64,000 nt of DNA from an uncultured bacterium. GTDB taxonomy: Bacteria > Chloroflexota > UBA5177 > JANWHV01. Shown in pieces: positions 1 through 9,923 of the stretch (position 1 is its first letter; the number at the start of each line of letters is the position of its first letter). The stretch lies in assembly GCA_963827235.1 (NCBI GenBank), contig CAWHAE010000012.1, forward strand, positions 640,001-704,000. Reading direction: 5' to 3'. A model generated the notes under the pieces. The model was not told where the DNA came from, ran no database searches, and saw only the letters and a program-made list of their open reading frames with translations. Both the position numbers and the translations under genes were made by a program.

Positions 1-280
1 TGGACCCAAGGCCGATCGCGCCCAGGCACGGGATCCAGCTGCGGGCCGCGGCTGTCCGTCGCGGCGGCCATGGCCGGTGCACTCTGCGACCGTCCCACGT
101 GCAGAGCAGCACCGCGCCCGAGGGGGCGATCAACTGCAGAGCGTTCTCTACCGCGTCGTCGAGGCCGGCGCCGCCCGGGCGGCTGAGCAGCCAGATCAGC
201 AAGATAGTGTCAAAAAGAACGATGGCGACGAGAGCGCGACGTAGGTTGCGGGAGGCGAGGATGTGACCCTGGTCGGACAC
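1..280 (-). CDS. N-terminal part of a membrane protein (possible membrane sensor), runs off the left edge
   Basis: Not in ORF track. GTG at 280 with GAGGGA upstream; open frame MSDQGHILASRNLRRALVAIVLFDTILLIWLLSRPGG...LQLIAPSGAVLLC...WIPCLGAIGLGS with hydrophobic segments. Confidence 0.55.
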   Translation of the reverse strand, partial: MSDQGHILASRNLRRALVAIVLFDTILLIWLLSRPGGAGLDDAVENALQLIAPSGAVLLCTWDGRRVHRPWPPRRTAAARSWIPCLGAIGLGS

Positions 281-433
281 GCTGCGTGTTCCCTCGGGCG
301 ATGAAAGATCCGTGATCCGCCCGCGAGGATTCCGCAGACAAGGCCGGCACCGCTACATTCCAGCGGATCGTAGCAGACCCCGCCCGGGCATTCCATCCCC
401 CGGTCGGGCGGGCCGCGGAGCGACCGATCGTCG

Positions 434-793
434 ATGTGGCCGCGTATCTGTCGCCGCCGGCTTTGCCCGACGGCGGAGCGCGAGTTCTGGCACGGGCTGG
501 AAGGCACGGTGGTCGCGCCCGAGGCGCTTCCCACGCCCGATCCGGTACAGTCTCCGCCTGACTGCCTGGTCCTGGGCTTGCGCGACGACCGGCAGTGGTC
601 GGAGGGCCGGATCGCTCCCGTTTCACGGGAAGAAGCGCGACAACTACTCAATATCTGGCACGGCCGCCCGCAGCCGCCCTCGCCCGGTATCACCCGGCGG
701 GCGCGAGCGACCCCTGGACCTTGCCGGAGGTCCAGGGGGCTTCGCCAGCCAAGCAGGCTCGGAGTACAGGCAGCCGTTGCCGCCGCGGTCTAG
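434..793 (+). CDS. possible small hypothetical protein
   Basis: Central part (REFWHGLEGTVV...EEARQLLNIW) has GC3-rich codons; start, end and reality uncertain. Confidence 0.25.
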   Translation: MWPRICRRRLCPTAEREFWHGLEGTVVAPEALPTPDPVQSPPDCLVLGLRDDRQWSEGRIAPVSREEARQLLNIWHGRPQPPSPGITRRARATPGPCRRSRGLRQPSRLGVQAAVAAAV

Positions 794-2415
794 AAGTGTG
801 CGGTGATGGTCTGGGTGAGCGTGGTGGACGTGCTGGCCTGATAGGTGCCGTCGCCCTGGTACATGGCGCTCAACCGATGCGTGCCCTGGCTGAGGCTGTT
901 GGTGGTGAAGGCCGGTAAGGCCAGGCTCCACATGCCGCCGCTGCTGATGGTCGCAGTGCCGACCAACTTGGGGGTCGACGACGTGTTGTCGTACACGTTG
1001 ACCTGCCCGGTGGCCTGGCTGGGTGTGACCTGGCCGGAGAAGGTCAGCGAGGTTCCCAGCTCTGCAGGGTTCAGGCTTGAGGTCAGCGTGACGCTGGAAG
1101 CAAGCAAGCTCGCCGTGGTCATGGTGAGACCGTTGCTGAGCTGGCCGCGCGCTGCGCCCCCAGGGAAGTCCGTCGTGTGCACGTTCACGTAGAAGTTGCC
1201 GGGCGTCTGCAGCAGGCTGGAGGCAAGGTCGGAGGCGATGGTCATACAGCCGTTGGAATAGCCTTGGGTGGGTGCAGTGAACGGCACGACCACGGCGCCC
1301 GTGGTGCCGGCGGCTCCGGAGTGAATGTGTGCCATGGTCGGCGTACCGGCAAGTCCACCCACCGCGATGGAGTAGCAGAGTCGGTGCGTGCGCGGATCTA
1401 GCAGCAAGTCGGCCGTGCCGCCGCCCACGCTCGATCCGGGTCCCGGCACCTCGTTGGAGCCTTTCAGAGACGTGTAGAGGGCGATGTCGTCGCCATCGGA
1501 GGGGTTGGCCACGAAGCCTACGGTATTGCCGGCGACGTCGGTGAAGAAGCCCACGAACTGGCCGGCGTCGTTGATGCCGTTGATCACCGTTGAAGTCGAG
1601 GCAGGCACGTCCACGGAGCTGAAGTTGCCCTTGTGGTAGAGGAAGCCGTGCCCTACCCCTCCGGAGTCGGTATACGTGCCGACGATGTCGCCTTTGTTAT
1701 TCTCGCCGAAGGGCTGGGTGAAGGTCGATCCCGGGTAGTCGAGCGTGGACTGCTTGCCGTTCTGCCAGAGAAAGCCGTTGGACGTGGTGGAAATCGGCTG
1801 CGTGAATCCGACCACGGCTCCGGAGTCATTGATGCCCGTGGCTGTGCTGTTGGGAATGGGTAGTACCAGGAAGGAGCCGTCGGGCTCGTGCACATACCCG
1901 TGGGCGTTGCCGTTGCCATCCTGGAAGAATCCGGCTGCCTGGCCGCGGTTGTTCAATCCGAGAATCTGGTTGAACGTCGTGCCCGGGAGGTCGACAGTTG
2001 AGTACGTGCCGCCGGTGCTCAGGAATCCGTGCGTATTGCCGCCCGCGTCGATGTAGAAGCCGCCGGTGTCGCCCGCGTTGTCGATGCCGATCACCTGCGT
2101 CTGGACGGAGTTCGGGAAGTTCTCGTCGGTGAAGCTGCTGGGCTGCCTGAACGTGAAGCCCTTGTTGGGATGGAGCGTGCCGTTCACCGTCATGCCGCTG
2201 CCGAAGTAGCCCGCGATAGTGTCATGCGTGTTGATGCCGAGCAGCTGAGTGAACGTGGTGTCTTTTGGGCTGGCGATGAGCTGAAAGCTGTACTTGGCCG
2301 GCGCCGCTTCGCCCCGGCTGGTATGAGCAGCGGCCGATCCGGCCTGACTGCCAAGGATGCTTGCCGCGAGCGCCAGCGCTCCGAGCGTCGTACCGATTGC
2401 ACCCAGCTTGTCCAT
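790..2415 (-). CDS. secreted protein: HAF-like extracellular repeats + CHRD domain + C-terminal Ig-like (Big_3-like) domain
   Basis: Signal peptide; repeated GIN(N/D)xGxxxG...HGF units; CHRD motifs LKGSNEVP, AHIHSG, FYVNVHT, GAARGQL; Ig-like tail VTLTSSLNP...A(M)YQGD. Confidence 0.8.
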   Translation of the reverse strand: MDKLGAIGTTLGALALAASILGSQAGSAAAHTSRGEAAPAKYSFQLIASPKDTTFTQLLGINTHDTIAGYFGSGMTVNGTLHPNKGFTFRQPSSFTDENFPNSVQTQVIGIDNAGDTGGFYIDAGGNTHGFLSTGGTYSTVDLPGTTFNQILGLNNRGQAAGFFQDGNGNAHGYVHEPDGSFLVLPIPNSTATGINDSGAVVGFTQPISTTSNGFLWQNGKQSTLDYPGSTFTQPFGENNKGDIVGTYTDSGGVGHGFLYHKGNFSSVDVPASTSTVINGINDAGQFVGFFTDVAGNTVGFVANPSDGDDIALYTSLKGSNEVPGPGSSVGGGTADLLLDPRTHRLCYSIAVGGLAGTPTMAHIHSGAAGTTGAVVVPFTAPTQGYSNGCMTIASDLASSLLQTPGNFYVNVHTTDFPGGAARGQLSNGLTMTTASLLASSVTLTSSLNPAELGTSLTFSGQVTPSQATGQVNVYDNTSSTPKLVGTATISSGGMWSLALPAFTTNSLSQGTHRLSAMYQGDGTYQASTSTTLTQTITAHF

Positions 2416-3100
2416 TGTTTCGTCTCCCCTTCGTGGTCTCGCTAAACTGGTCGTTGTTCTTGAGTCCTGTACACTGAGAGGCCGCGCGTCCTCTCACCTG
2501 TCCCAGTATGGCTGCCTGCGACCGCCATCTCCACGGACAGCACCCTCACAACACCCGGACAGCGTCCTGCTTTCGCGAGTCCGCGGCCCGGTCGCTCGTG
2601 GTGCCGCTACTGCCGCTGCCATACAATTCACGCGGGAGAGCTGGAAGGCGCCTGCACCAGAGCAGCCAAGAGATGCCGTTTGGTGAGAAGCGTGATACGT
2701 AAGACTCTGGTCGCGCGCTCGTGCGTGTGGCACGCTAGTGGTGCTGGAAGGGAGCGAGCGAACTACGGCCGGCGCCGTACCGTCCGCGGCGTGGGCAGAA
2801 GAAGTGCGAGCTTGGCCAACGGACTGCGCGCGGCGCTGGGTGGCCGCGGCTCAGGCGCTACCCATGTGTGCGGAGTGCCCCACCTGGATAGTGCAATCCG
2901 ATCCGTCGAGGAGCACATACCCAGTGAGGCTCCGGATATGGTCCGGGGACTGGAGTTCTGACGCTCGACCTGCCTCGCGGCGAGGTTTGGGTTCGCTCCC
3001 GGCGCGTGCTTGGCGCCGGGTCCCGGTACCCGTATCTTTCTGGAGGCGGCCCATCGGCCGGCAAGAACCCTGACGACACGGCTCAACGTATCATTGGAGC

Positions 3101-3979
3101 ATGAACATGATTGAGACCTGGGACGGACTGCTAGGACTCCTGCGCCATAACGATGTGCCGTGCACAAATCTGTCCGCCGACACCCTGCGCAGGCTGGACG
3201 AGATTGAGGCGGCTGCAAGTGGACCGAGCGCCGTGCGGCCATACCGGGCGATCAGAGAAGTGGTGGAGAGCAGGCTGGTGACGCTGGGCGTGGTTCTTCC
3301 AGTAGACGTGGGAGACCTCGACTTCGGCGAAGTGACGCTCTTCTGGCACGATTTCTTCCCCTACGAGACGTCCGACTTCGAAGGCCGCGTGCTCGCCGCG
3401 GTGCATGACGCGTCGAAGACCGTGCGCATCGGAGACGTGCCTTGCCCGGTCGTCTGGAACGGCAACCAGCCGGTCGTCACCATGCCGCGCGAGATCTTGC
3501 AGGCCCCGCCGGAAGCCGACGTGCCGGCGTGGCTCCGGCAGATCGGGTGCGAGATACGCTTCGGCAAGAAGGCCGTGGGTTCCGTGACCTACGAGCGCAC
3601 TCCGCGGCCGGACGAGCTGCTGGAGCGAGCCGTCGAGGCGCTTCGGCAGCCACAGTGGCGGGACCTGCAGCACGAGTGGCGTCTCCTGGCCCAGACCGCG
3701 GTGTGGAGGGACGATGCCGGCCGTACGCAGACACGCTGGTGCTTGCCGGTAGCCCCGATCAGCGGAACCGTGCCCACGGACGACTTCGTCGTGTGTACTT
3801 CGCAGCAATCGGCGTATAACGCCGCGCGACGCCTCTTGGCAAACGGATTGGCACGGTTGGCGAGAGCGCCCAGCGAGCGCGAGATGAGCGACCGCATCCT
3901 GCACATCATGCCTGCCTGGGAGAACCTGGCGGATGACGTCGTCGCCGCGCTACCCGTACGAGCCAACGCACCGGCTTGA
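3101..3979 (+). CDS. hypothetical protein
   Basis: 292-aa ORF with GGAG upstream and coding-like codon usage; no family recognised. Confidence 0.65.
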   Translation: MNMIETWDGLLGLLRHNDVPCTNLSADTLRRLDEIEAAASGPSAVRPYRAIREVVESRLVTLGVVLPVDVGDLDFGEVTLFWHDFFPYETSDFEGRVLAAVHDASKTVRIGDVPCPVVWNGNQPVVTMPREILQAPPEADVPAWLRQIGCEIRFGKKAVGSVTYERTPRPDELLERAVEALRQPQWRDLQHEWRLLAQTAVWRDDAGRTQTRWCLPVAPISGTVPTDDFVVCTSQQSAYNAARRLLANGLARLARAPSEREMSDRILHIMPAWENLADDVVAALPVRANAPA

Positions 3980-3997
3980 GCACGGCTGGAACGCGGA

Positions 3998-4885
3998 CTA
4001 GACCTTCATGCCACTCAGCGCGATGCCCTGAATGAAGAATCGCTGAGCTATCAGAAACACGACCGCCACGGGAAGCACGAACACCACGCTGGCCGCCATG
4101 AGATATGCCCACGCGGTCTGGTGCAGAGACTGGTACTGCTGCAGGCCCAGAGAGAGCGTGTAGAGATCGTTGCTCTGTAGGAAGATCAAGGGCGCCAGGA
4201 AGTCCCGCCAGTTGGCCAGGAATGTGAATAACGATACGGTGGCCAGCACGGGCTTGGCGAGCGGCAGGACGATCCGCCAGAAGATACCGAATTCCGAGCA
4301 GCCGTCGATGACTGCCGCTTCGGAGAGCTCGCGCGGGATGGTGAGGAAGAACTGGCGGAGCAGGAAGATATAGAGCGGGCTGCCGCCGAAGGACGGCAGG
4401 ATCAACGGCCAGTAGGTGTCGATCATACCGAACTGGCGGAAGATGACGAAGAGCGGCACCATGGTGGCCAAAAACGGCAGCATGAGCGTGCTCAGGCACA
4501 TGGCAAAGAAGAAGCCGCGCATCCTCCAGCGCAGCCGGGCAAATCCGTAGGCAGCGATCGGGCAGGATACCAACGTGCCGGCGACCGAGGCTGTGCTGAT
4601 CACGAAGGTGTTCCAGGCATAGCGCCAGAACGGGATGTAGTCGAGCGCGTTCGGGTAGTTGCTCCACACCGCCGGATACGGCACTATTTGGGGCGGGAAA
4701 CGGAAGATCTCCAGGTTGCTCTTCAGCGAGCTAGAGAGCATCCACAGAAACGGCGCCACGAAGATAAGACAGATGGCGGACAGCAGGAGATGGAGACTGA
4801 GCGTGCGAGCCGTGCGGCGCGCCGTCACCCTTCGCGGCGATCGCCGGACGAGCGGTCTTGCTGCGCCGTCAACAGCCACGGTCAC
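3998..4885 (-). CDS. carbohydrate ABC transporter permease (MalG-like)
   Basis: EAA loop ELSEAAVIDGCS, multiple TM helices; GTG start overlaps upstream stop (GTGA). Confidence 0.92.
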   Translation of the reverse strand: MTVAVDGAARPLVRRSPRRVTARRTARTLSLHLLLSAICLIFVAPFLWMLSSSLKSNLEIFRFPPQIVPYPAVWSNYPNALDYIPFWRYAWNTFVISTASVAGTLVSCPIAAYGFARLRWRMRGFFFAMCLSTLMLPFLATMVPLFVIFRQFGMIDTYWPLILPSFGGSPLYIFLLRQFFLTIPRELSEAAVIDGCSEFGIFWRIVLPLAKPVLATVSLFTFLANWRDFLAPLIFLQSNDLYTLSLGLQQYQSLHQTAWAYLMAASVVFVLPVAVVFLIAQRFFIQGIALSGMKV

Positions 4886-5793
4886 ACTCCTTCGTAGTAG
4901 AGGAAGCGCCCGGCACCTTTGAACAATGCCGCGGTGAGCAGGCCGGTCACGACGAGCAGAATCCACGACATCGCCGAGGCACGCCCGATGTGCTGGAACT
5001 GGAATGCCTGCTGAAACGTGTAGAGCGAGTAGAATAGCGTGCTCTGGACGGGTGCTCCGAGATCCGTGTTTCCGCCGGCACCGTTGCTGGAAGAGACGAC
5101 GTACGCCTGGTCAAAGAGCTGCAAGAAGTACACGACGCCGGTGATCAAGTTGTAGAAGATGACCGGTCCCAGGGCGGGAAGCGTCACGTGCCAGAAGCGC
5201 CGCAGTGCGTTCGCGCCGTCGAGGGTCGCAGCTTCGATGAGGCTGACCGGCACATCCTGTAGCCCGGCCAGCGTGATCACCATGACGGACCCGGTGGTGC
5301 CCCACAACACCATAATCAGCAGAGCGATCTTGGCCTGGTCCGGCGACGCCAGCCAGCTTGCGGTCGGCAGATGCAGGCCGCTCAGAATGCTGTTTAGCAG
5401 CCCGTAGTCGGGATTGAAGATCCACAGCCAGATCAGTGCCATGACGACGGAGGGCACGATGGTTGGCAGGTAGATGAGCGTGCGGTATACGCTCAGCCCA
5501 CGGATGCGCGCGTTGAGGGGCAGCGCTATCAGCAAGCCGAGCGCCAGCGACAGCGGCACGCCCAACCCGGTGATGTAGAGCGTGTTTTCCACGCTTTTCC
5601 AGAAGATCGGGTCGTTGACGATCAGATTGAGGTTCGTCCAGCCCGTGAATACCGGCGTGCCGAACCCGCTGTAGCGCGTAAAGCTGTAGTAAAGCGAGAT
5701 CAGGGCGGGATACACGCCGAAGGCCAGAAAACCGAGCAGCCAGGGACTGATAAAGAGCAAGCCGAGGCCCTCTCGACGGAAGATCTTCGCCAT
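4882..5793 (-). CDS. carbohydrate ABC transporter permease (MalF-like)
   Basis: EAA loop LIEAATLDGAN; FNPDYGLLN; TM helices. Confidence 0.93.
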   Translation of the reverse strand: MAKIFRREGLGLLFISPWLLGFLAFGVYPALISLYYSFTRYSGFGTPVFTGWTNLNLIVNDPIFWKSVENTLYITGLGVPLSLALGLLIALPLNARIRGLSVYRTLIYLPTIVPSVVMALIWLWIFNPDYGLLNSILSGLHLPTASWLASPDQAKIALLIMVLWGTTGSVMVITLAGLQDVPVSLIEAATLDGANALRRFWHVTLPALGPVIFYNLITGVVYFLQLFDQAYVVSSSNGAGGNTDLGAPVQSTLFYSLYTFQQAFQFQHIGRASAMSWILLVVTGLLTAALFKGAGRFLYYEGV

Positions 5794-5840
5794 GCTTTGC
5801 GTCCTTATCTAGGGGTATGTCGCGGACCGCGGTCCGTGCC

Positions 5841-7574
5841 CTAACCCTTGACGAACAGCTTGACCACCTTGCACGGGCTGCTGCCGGTGTTCAGGAGCCT
5901 GAAGGCGCCGGCGGCGGCGGGAATGACCATGCTTTCGGCATATCGCAGCTCCATCGGGTCGGCCCCCGGCACCAGGACGTCGCACGTCTCGCCGGCTACC
6001 AGGTTAATCGCCAGAACCTTGTTCGCCGTGTCGTCCTCCACCACACTTGAGAACTCCAGGCGGTTGATCGCGAAAGTTAGCTTGTCGAGGTCGCCGATAC
6101 AGTACTCGGCCCAATCTGGGCCCTGCCTGATCAGAGTGGGCCGCGGGACTAGATGCTCGGACGTCCACGCTCTGGTACGCGTGGCATCCAGGTTCGCGAA
6201 CGCTTGCTCGAGATGGATATGTCGCAGCTTGCCCTGAAGATCGGCTCGCAGGTAGTCGTAGACCTTGTAGGTGTGAATATACGGCGCCGCGCTAATCTCG
6301 AGCACCAGGTTGTCCGTACCGCTGGCGTGTATCGTGCCGTTCGGGATGAGGAACAGGTCGTGAGGAGCACTCGGGAAGCTGGCGACGTACCGGTCAAAGT
6401 CGAACGGTATCCCGCTGTCGCGTGCCGCCGCGGCATCGGCCTTGAATTGCCGCACGCCGACGCCATCCTGCAGGCCCAGGTAGACCCGCGCACCCGGCTT
6501 GCTGTCCAGGATATAGTACGTCTCGTCCTCCGCCATGGGCTCACCGTGCTCGTCGCGCATCACGTCGGGCGTTGCATGAACCTGCAGCGAAAGGTTCCCG
6601 CCGCCCACCGTGTCCAGGTAGTCGAAGCGAAGCGGGAAGTACGTGCCGTATCGCGCCGTCAGGGCCGGACCCAGGACCTCGTCGGGATAGGACCAGAGCA
6701 AACAGTCGAAGGAGAGCTCCAACTCCCGTACGCCGTCGCCCAGCAAGATGCCGTTCTCCTGGGCTATCATCTCGAACGACCAGGCGTAGTTGGCAGGACC
6801 GTCGGGCAGCTCGAAGTGCTCTTTCATCCACTGCCCGCCCCAGGGTCCGGGCGTGAACCAGGGCTTCAGCCTGAATGGGCGATGCGTCAGCTCAGCCATG
6901 GCCTGCCGGAACGCATCGCCGGAGACGAAGACCGGCGCCGCGACGTCCGTGGCATCGACGAACAGGTCCATGCGCGACAGCATGCCCCGCTTGACGCGAT
7001 TCAGCATCGGCCAGTCGACCAGGTAGAACCGCTTGTACATGGCGCCGAAAGCCGTGGCCCTGGCGGCACCGACGTTCGTCACGGCACCCGAAGCCGCCAG
7101 TTCCTGGCTGCGGTCCTTCGGCACGTCGATATAGACTCTGGTGCCACCGGCATCGATAAGTGACGCGCCGAATCCGTACAGGATCGTCGGTCTCGAGCGG
7201 GCGCGAACCCTCTCCTTGAGCCCGGCCACGGCATCTATGTCCCACAGTTCCTCGAGGTGGCCGCGGTGCACGCGCCCGAAATAGGGGTCGTCCGTCAGGT
7301 CGGCGTGCAGATGCGACTCGATGCGTTCCTCGCTCAGCAAGCACGCGTCGGTCGACAGCCACCCCGGCGACATTCCGTGTCGATCCAGGGCAACGCGGAG
7401 TGTCGAGACGAACGCATCCCATTGGAGGCCGGCGAAGCCCTCCAGGACGACAAGAGGCGCAACCGTGTCGGCTGCCATCCGGTCCAGCAGATAGGCAGCG
7501 AGAGCATCAAAGCCATCCCCGAGCTCGAGCCAAGTGAGTGTGTGGACCGGACGCGTGCGGTAGATCTTCGCCAT
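5841..7574 (-). CDS. class I mannose-6-phosphate isomerase-like cupin with long N-terminal extension
   Basis: PWGGQW, FDYLDT, NLSLQVH, ETYYI, GTIHASG, LVLEIS motifs; ATG at 7574 chosen (MAKIYRTRP). Confidence 0.8.
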   Translation of the reverse strand: MAKIYRTRPVHTLTWLELGDGFDALAAYLLDRMAADTVAPLVVLEGFAGLQWDAFVSTLRVALDRHGMSPGWLSTDACLLSEERIESHLHADLTDDPYFGRVHRGHLEELWDIDAVAGLKERVRARSRPTILYGFGASLIDAGGTRVYIDVPKDRSQELAASGAVTNVGAARATAFGAMYKRFYLVDWPMLNRVKRGMLSRMDLFVDATDVAAPVFVSGDAFRQAMAELTHRPFRLKPWFTPGPWGGQWMKEHFELPDGPANYAWSFEMIAQENGILLGDGVRELELSFDCLLWSYPDEVLGPALTARYGTYFPLRFDYLDTVGGGNLSLQVHATPDVMRDEHGEPMAEDETYYILDSKPGARVYLGLQDGVGVRQFKADAAAARDSGIPFDFDRYVASFPSAPHDLFLIPNGTIHASGTDNLVLEISAAPYIHTYKVYDYLRADLQGKLRHIHLEQAFANLDATRTRAWTSEHLVPRPTLIRQGPDWAEYCIGDLDKLTFAINRLEFSSVVEDDTANKVLAINLVAGETCDVLVPGADPMELRYAESMVIPAAAGAFRLLNTGSSPCKVVKLFVKG

Positions 7575-7686
7575 ACTCTCGCTACTCCTCGCTTGCCCCA
7601 GCGTCGTCGGATGATCGGAACCCAAAGTGAGCAGAAGGCCGGCCGTCACGGCTACCGTGGCCGTACTCGGTAGCCTGCGCTGGTGG

Positions 7687-8754
7687 TCAGGCGTGGTCGG
7701 CCGCACGCCTGGTCATGCGAAGATGGCCCTCCTGCCAATGCGGATGATCGGCGTCGACACCTCGCTGCGCCGCTAGCTCATTCGCCAGGACGAACAGTGG
7801 GCCGCAGTAAAGTATCGGGGTCAGGAGATCGTGACAGGCGGCCTCCACCATCAGGCCGGCCGGAGCGTCGCCTACCTCGAGCGTCACGGCACCCAGGTCC
7901 GCGCACTGCGCCAGCAGCTCCCTGCCCATACGCTGAGCAGCACCGGGAGGATTGACGGCGATGACGCCGACCGTGGCGTCTACCACGGAGGTCGTACCCT
8001 GCGCCATCTCGCGCTGCTGGAGCGGTTCGGCCGGCACGTTGGAAACTTCCTTGAGCACCAGAGCGGCCTCCTGGGCCACGGCCCAGGCAGGTCCGGCGCC
8101 CATGACGAAGATGCGCCGGCAGGGTGCGAGCTGAGCTGCCGCCGTCGCGACCTGCTGCTCCGCGGAGGCAATGCCCTGCTCGGCAAGGCCGGGCAGTGCG
8201 AAGAGCTGCTCCTGCAGGCTGTCGGCGGCGGCCACGCCCTGGTGCCGAAGTATGCCCAGCCACAGGAGGTACAGTGCGGCGACACTGGCTACGAACGTCT
8301 TTGTGGATGTAGGGACCACGCTCGGCTTGGCGCGCGTTACCAGCACATCGTCGACCAGTCGGGTCAGCGACGATGCGGGCTCGTTGGTGATGCCGACCAA
8401 GCGGTACTTCCCGCGCACTTGCTCGAAGAGCTCGAGCAGGTCCACGACCTCGCCCGACACGGAGACGCCTACTACCGCGTCGGACTCGGCCAGAGGCGCG
8501 GGATAGTGCCTGAAGTCGCCGGTCGGCGCCGCGAGCACGATCGTCTTGTCCGGGCCGACCAGCATGTTGTGCAGGTATGCAGAGGCCAGCGAAGCATAGT
8601 ACGACGTCCCGTTGCCGATAGCGACGAAACGGCGCGCGCCACGTTCCAGCAGCGCCGAAGCCAGCCTGTCGCTCTCGTCCCCAATTCCCTCTAGCGTGTC
8701 GCGGAGCGTCGAAGGGATGTCTCTGATATCCCGCATGATGAGCGTGTCGGCCAT
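7687..8754 (-). CDS. double-SIS sugar-phosphate isomerase/deaminase (GlmS C-terminal/AgaS/FrlB-like)
   Basis: GNGTSYYAS, SVSGE, GITN, STKTF, EAALVLKE; AAGGAGG RBS before ATG 8754. Confidence 0.85.
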   Translation of the reverse strand: MADTLIMRDIRDIPSTLRDTLEGIGDESDRLASALLERGARRFVAIGNGTSYYASLASAYLHNMLVGPDKTIVLAAPTGDFRHYPAPLAESDAVVGVSVSGEVVDLLELFEQVRGKYRLVGITNEPASSLTRLVDDVLVTRAKPSVVPTSTKTFVASVAALYLLWLGILRHQGVAAADSLQEQLFALPGLAEQGIASAEQQVATAAAQLAPCRRIFVMGAGPAWAVAQEAALVLKEVSNVPAEPLQQREMAQGTTSVVDATVGVIAVNPPGAAQRMGRELLAQCADLGAVTLEVGDAPAGLMVEAACHDLLTPILYCGPLFVLANELAAQRGVDADHPHWQEGHLRMTRRAADHA

Positions 8755-8841
8755 GTCGCTGAACCTCCTTACCCTTCCGAAATGGTGCGGCCGGTGCGCC
8801 GTGCAGCGAAGAACCATGAGCGACACCGAGCCGGCAGGATG

Positions 8842-9729
8842 CTAGATAAACATGCGTTCGATGTTCTGCTCCAGCCGATCGACCATGGCCTGCGGTCGAG
8901 GCGGAAGCTGGCGTGCCAGGCAGGTGGCCAGGGCATCGATCATGGTCAGCTCGGCTATCTTCGAGTCGAGATGCGCGCCCCGGAACGCAGCCTGCAGCTC
9001 CAAGAGGACGAGCACGATGTCGCTCTGCGCCACCAGCGGCGACTGCGGTCGGCTGGTCACGCAGATGGTCGTCGCCCCCGCGGCGCGCGCGATCGCCAGG
9101 CCCATCACCGTGCTGTGCGTGCGTCCCGCCTGGCTGAAGCCAATCGCTACGTCTTCAGCAGTGAGATTGCTCGCCTGAATGGCAATCTGGATCGGATCGT
9201 AGACGGCAGTGCAGTCCAGCCCGAGATGAACGAGCCGGTACACCGCTTCGATCACGAGCAGCCCCGAGCCGCCCACGGCGTAGCAGTGCACGCGACGGGC
9301 TCGCGCTAGCGCGTCCACTGCGCGCTGCAATGACTGCGCTGCCAGCGTTTGGGGTGCCTTCATCAGGGCCTGAGCCTCGGCGAGGAAGACCTTCCGCACC
9401 ACGGCAGCCACGTCGTCCTCGTCCTCGATGTGTACGTCCAGGGAATGATCCTCCGGGTCGGCGACTGACGCCGCCAGGGCCAGGGCAAATTGCCGGTAGC
9501 CCTGGTAGCCGAGAGCGCGAACGAAGCGAAGCACCGTGGTGTCGCTGACGTTGCTGCGCCGCGCCAAGTCCGTGATCGAGAGCCCGACGACGGCGGCCGG
9601 CTGCTGCAAGATGGAGTCGGCGACGCGACGCGCGGTATCGGCCAGGCCGTTATACGCCTGCTCAATGCGCTTCAAGCATTCACGACTACCCGTAACCTGG
9701 GCCGTATCCGAGGTGGCGCTCACAGACAT
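8842..9729 (-). CDS. RpiR/MurR family transcriptional regulator
   Basis: HTH SITDLARRSNVSDTTVLRFVRALGYQGY plus SIS domain (AVGGSG, FSQAG). Confidence 0.92.
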   Translation of the reverse strand: MSVSATSDTAQVTGSRECLKRIEQAYNGLADTARRVADSILQQPAAVVGLSITDLARRSNVSDTTVLRFVRALGYQGYRQFALALAASVADPEDHSLDVHIEDEDDVAAVVRKVFLAEAQALMKAPQTLAAQSLQRAVDALARARRVHCYAVGGSGLLVIEAVYRLVHLGLDCTAVYDPIQIAIQASNLTAEDVAIGFSQAGRTHSTVMGLAIARAAGATTICVTSRPQSPLVAQSDIVLVLLELQAAFRGAHLDSKIAELTMIDALATCLARQLPPRPQAMVDRLEQNIERMFI

Positions 9730-9880
9730 GTGCAACCTTTTCTCGAGCTTCGAGTGATTCGGCGCCGTCGCCGCGTGCAGCGCGGCAGCCTCCACGTGGA
9801 GGGCGCCAGCCGGCTACCCCGAATCATAGCGGAGGCCGGGTAGACGAATCGCATCACTGCCTGGCGCGGTGCTGCCCCGA

Positions 9881-9919
9881 GCAGGAGCCGTGCCGGCACT
9901 GCACCGGCACGGCTCCTGC
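9881..9919. terminator. perfect 16-bp stem-loop downstream of the SBP gene (terminator or mRNA stabiliser)
   Basis: GCAGGAGCCGTGCCGG-CACTGCA-CCGGCACGGCTCCTGC. Confidence 0.7.
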
Positions 9920-9923
9920 ATTG

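Noticed and set aside
5794-5803. GACGCAAAGC on the minus strand, resembling part of the c-di-GMP-I riboswitch
   Set aside because: It is the RBS-to-ATG spacer of the permease; the GGCAAA/GAAA elements and room for the aptamer are absent
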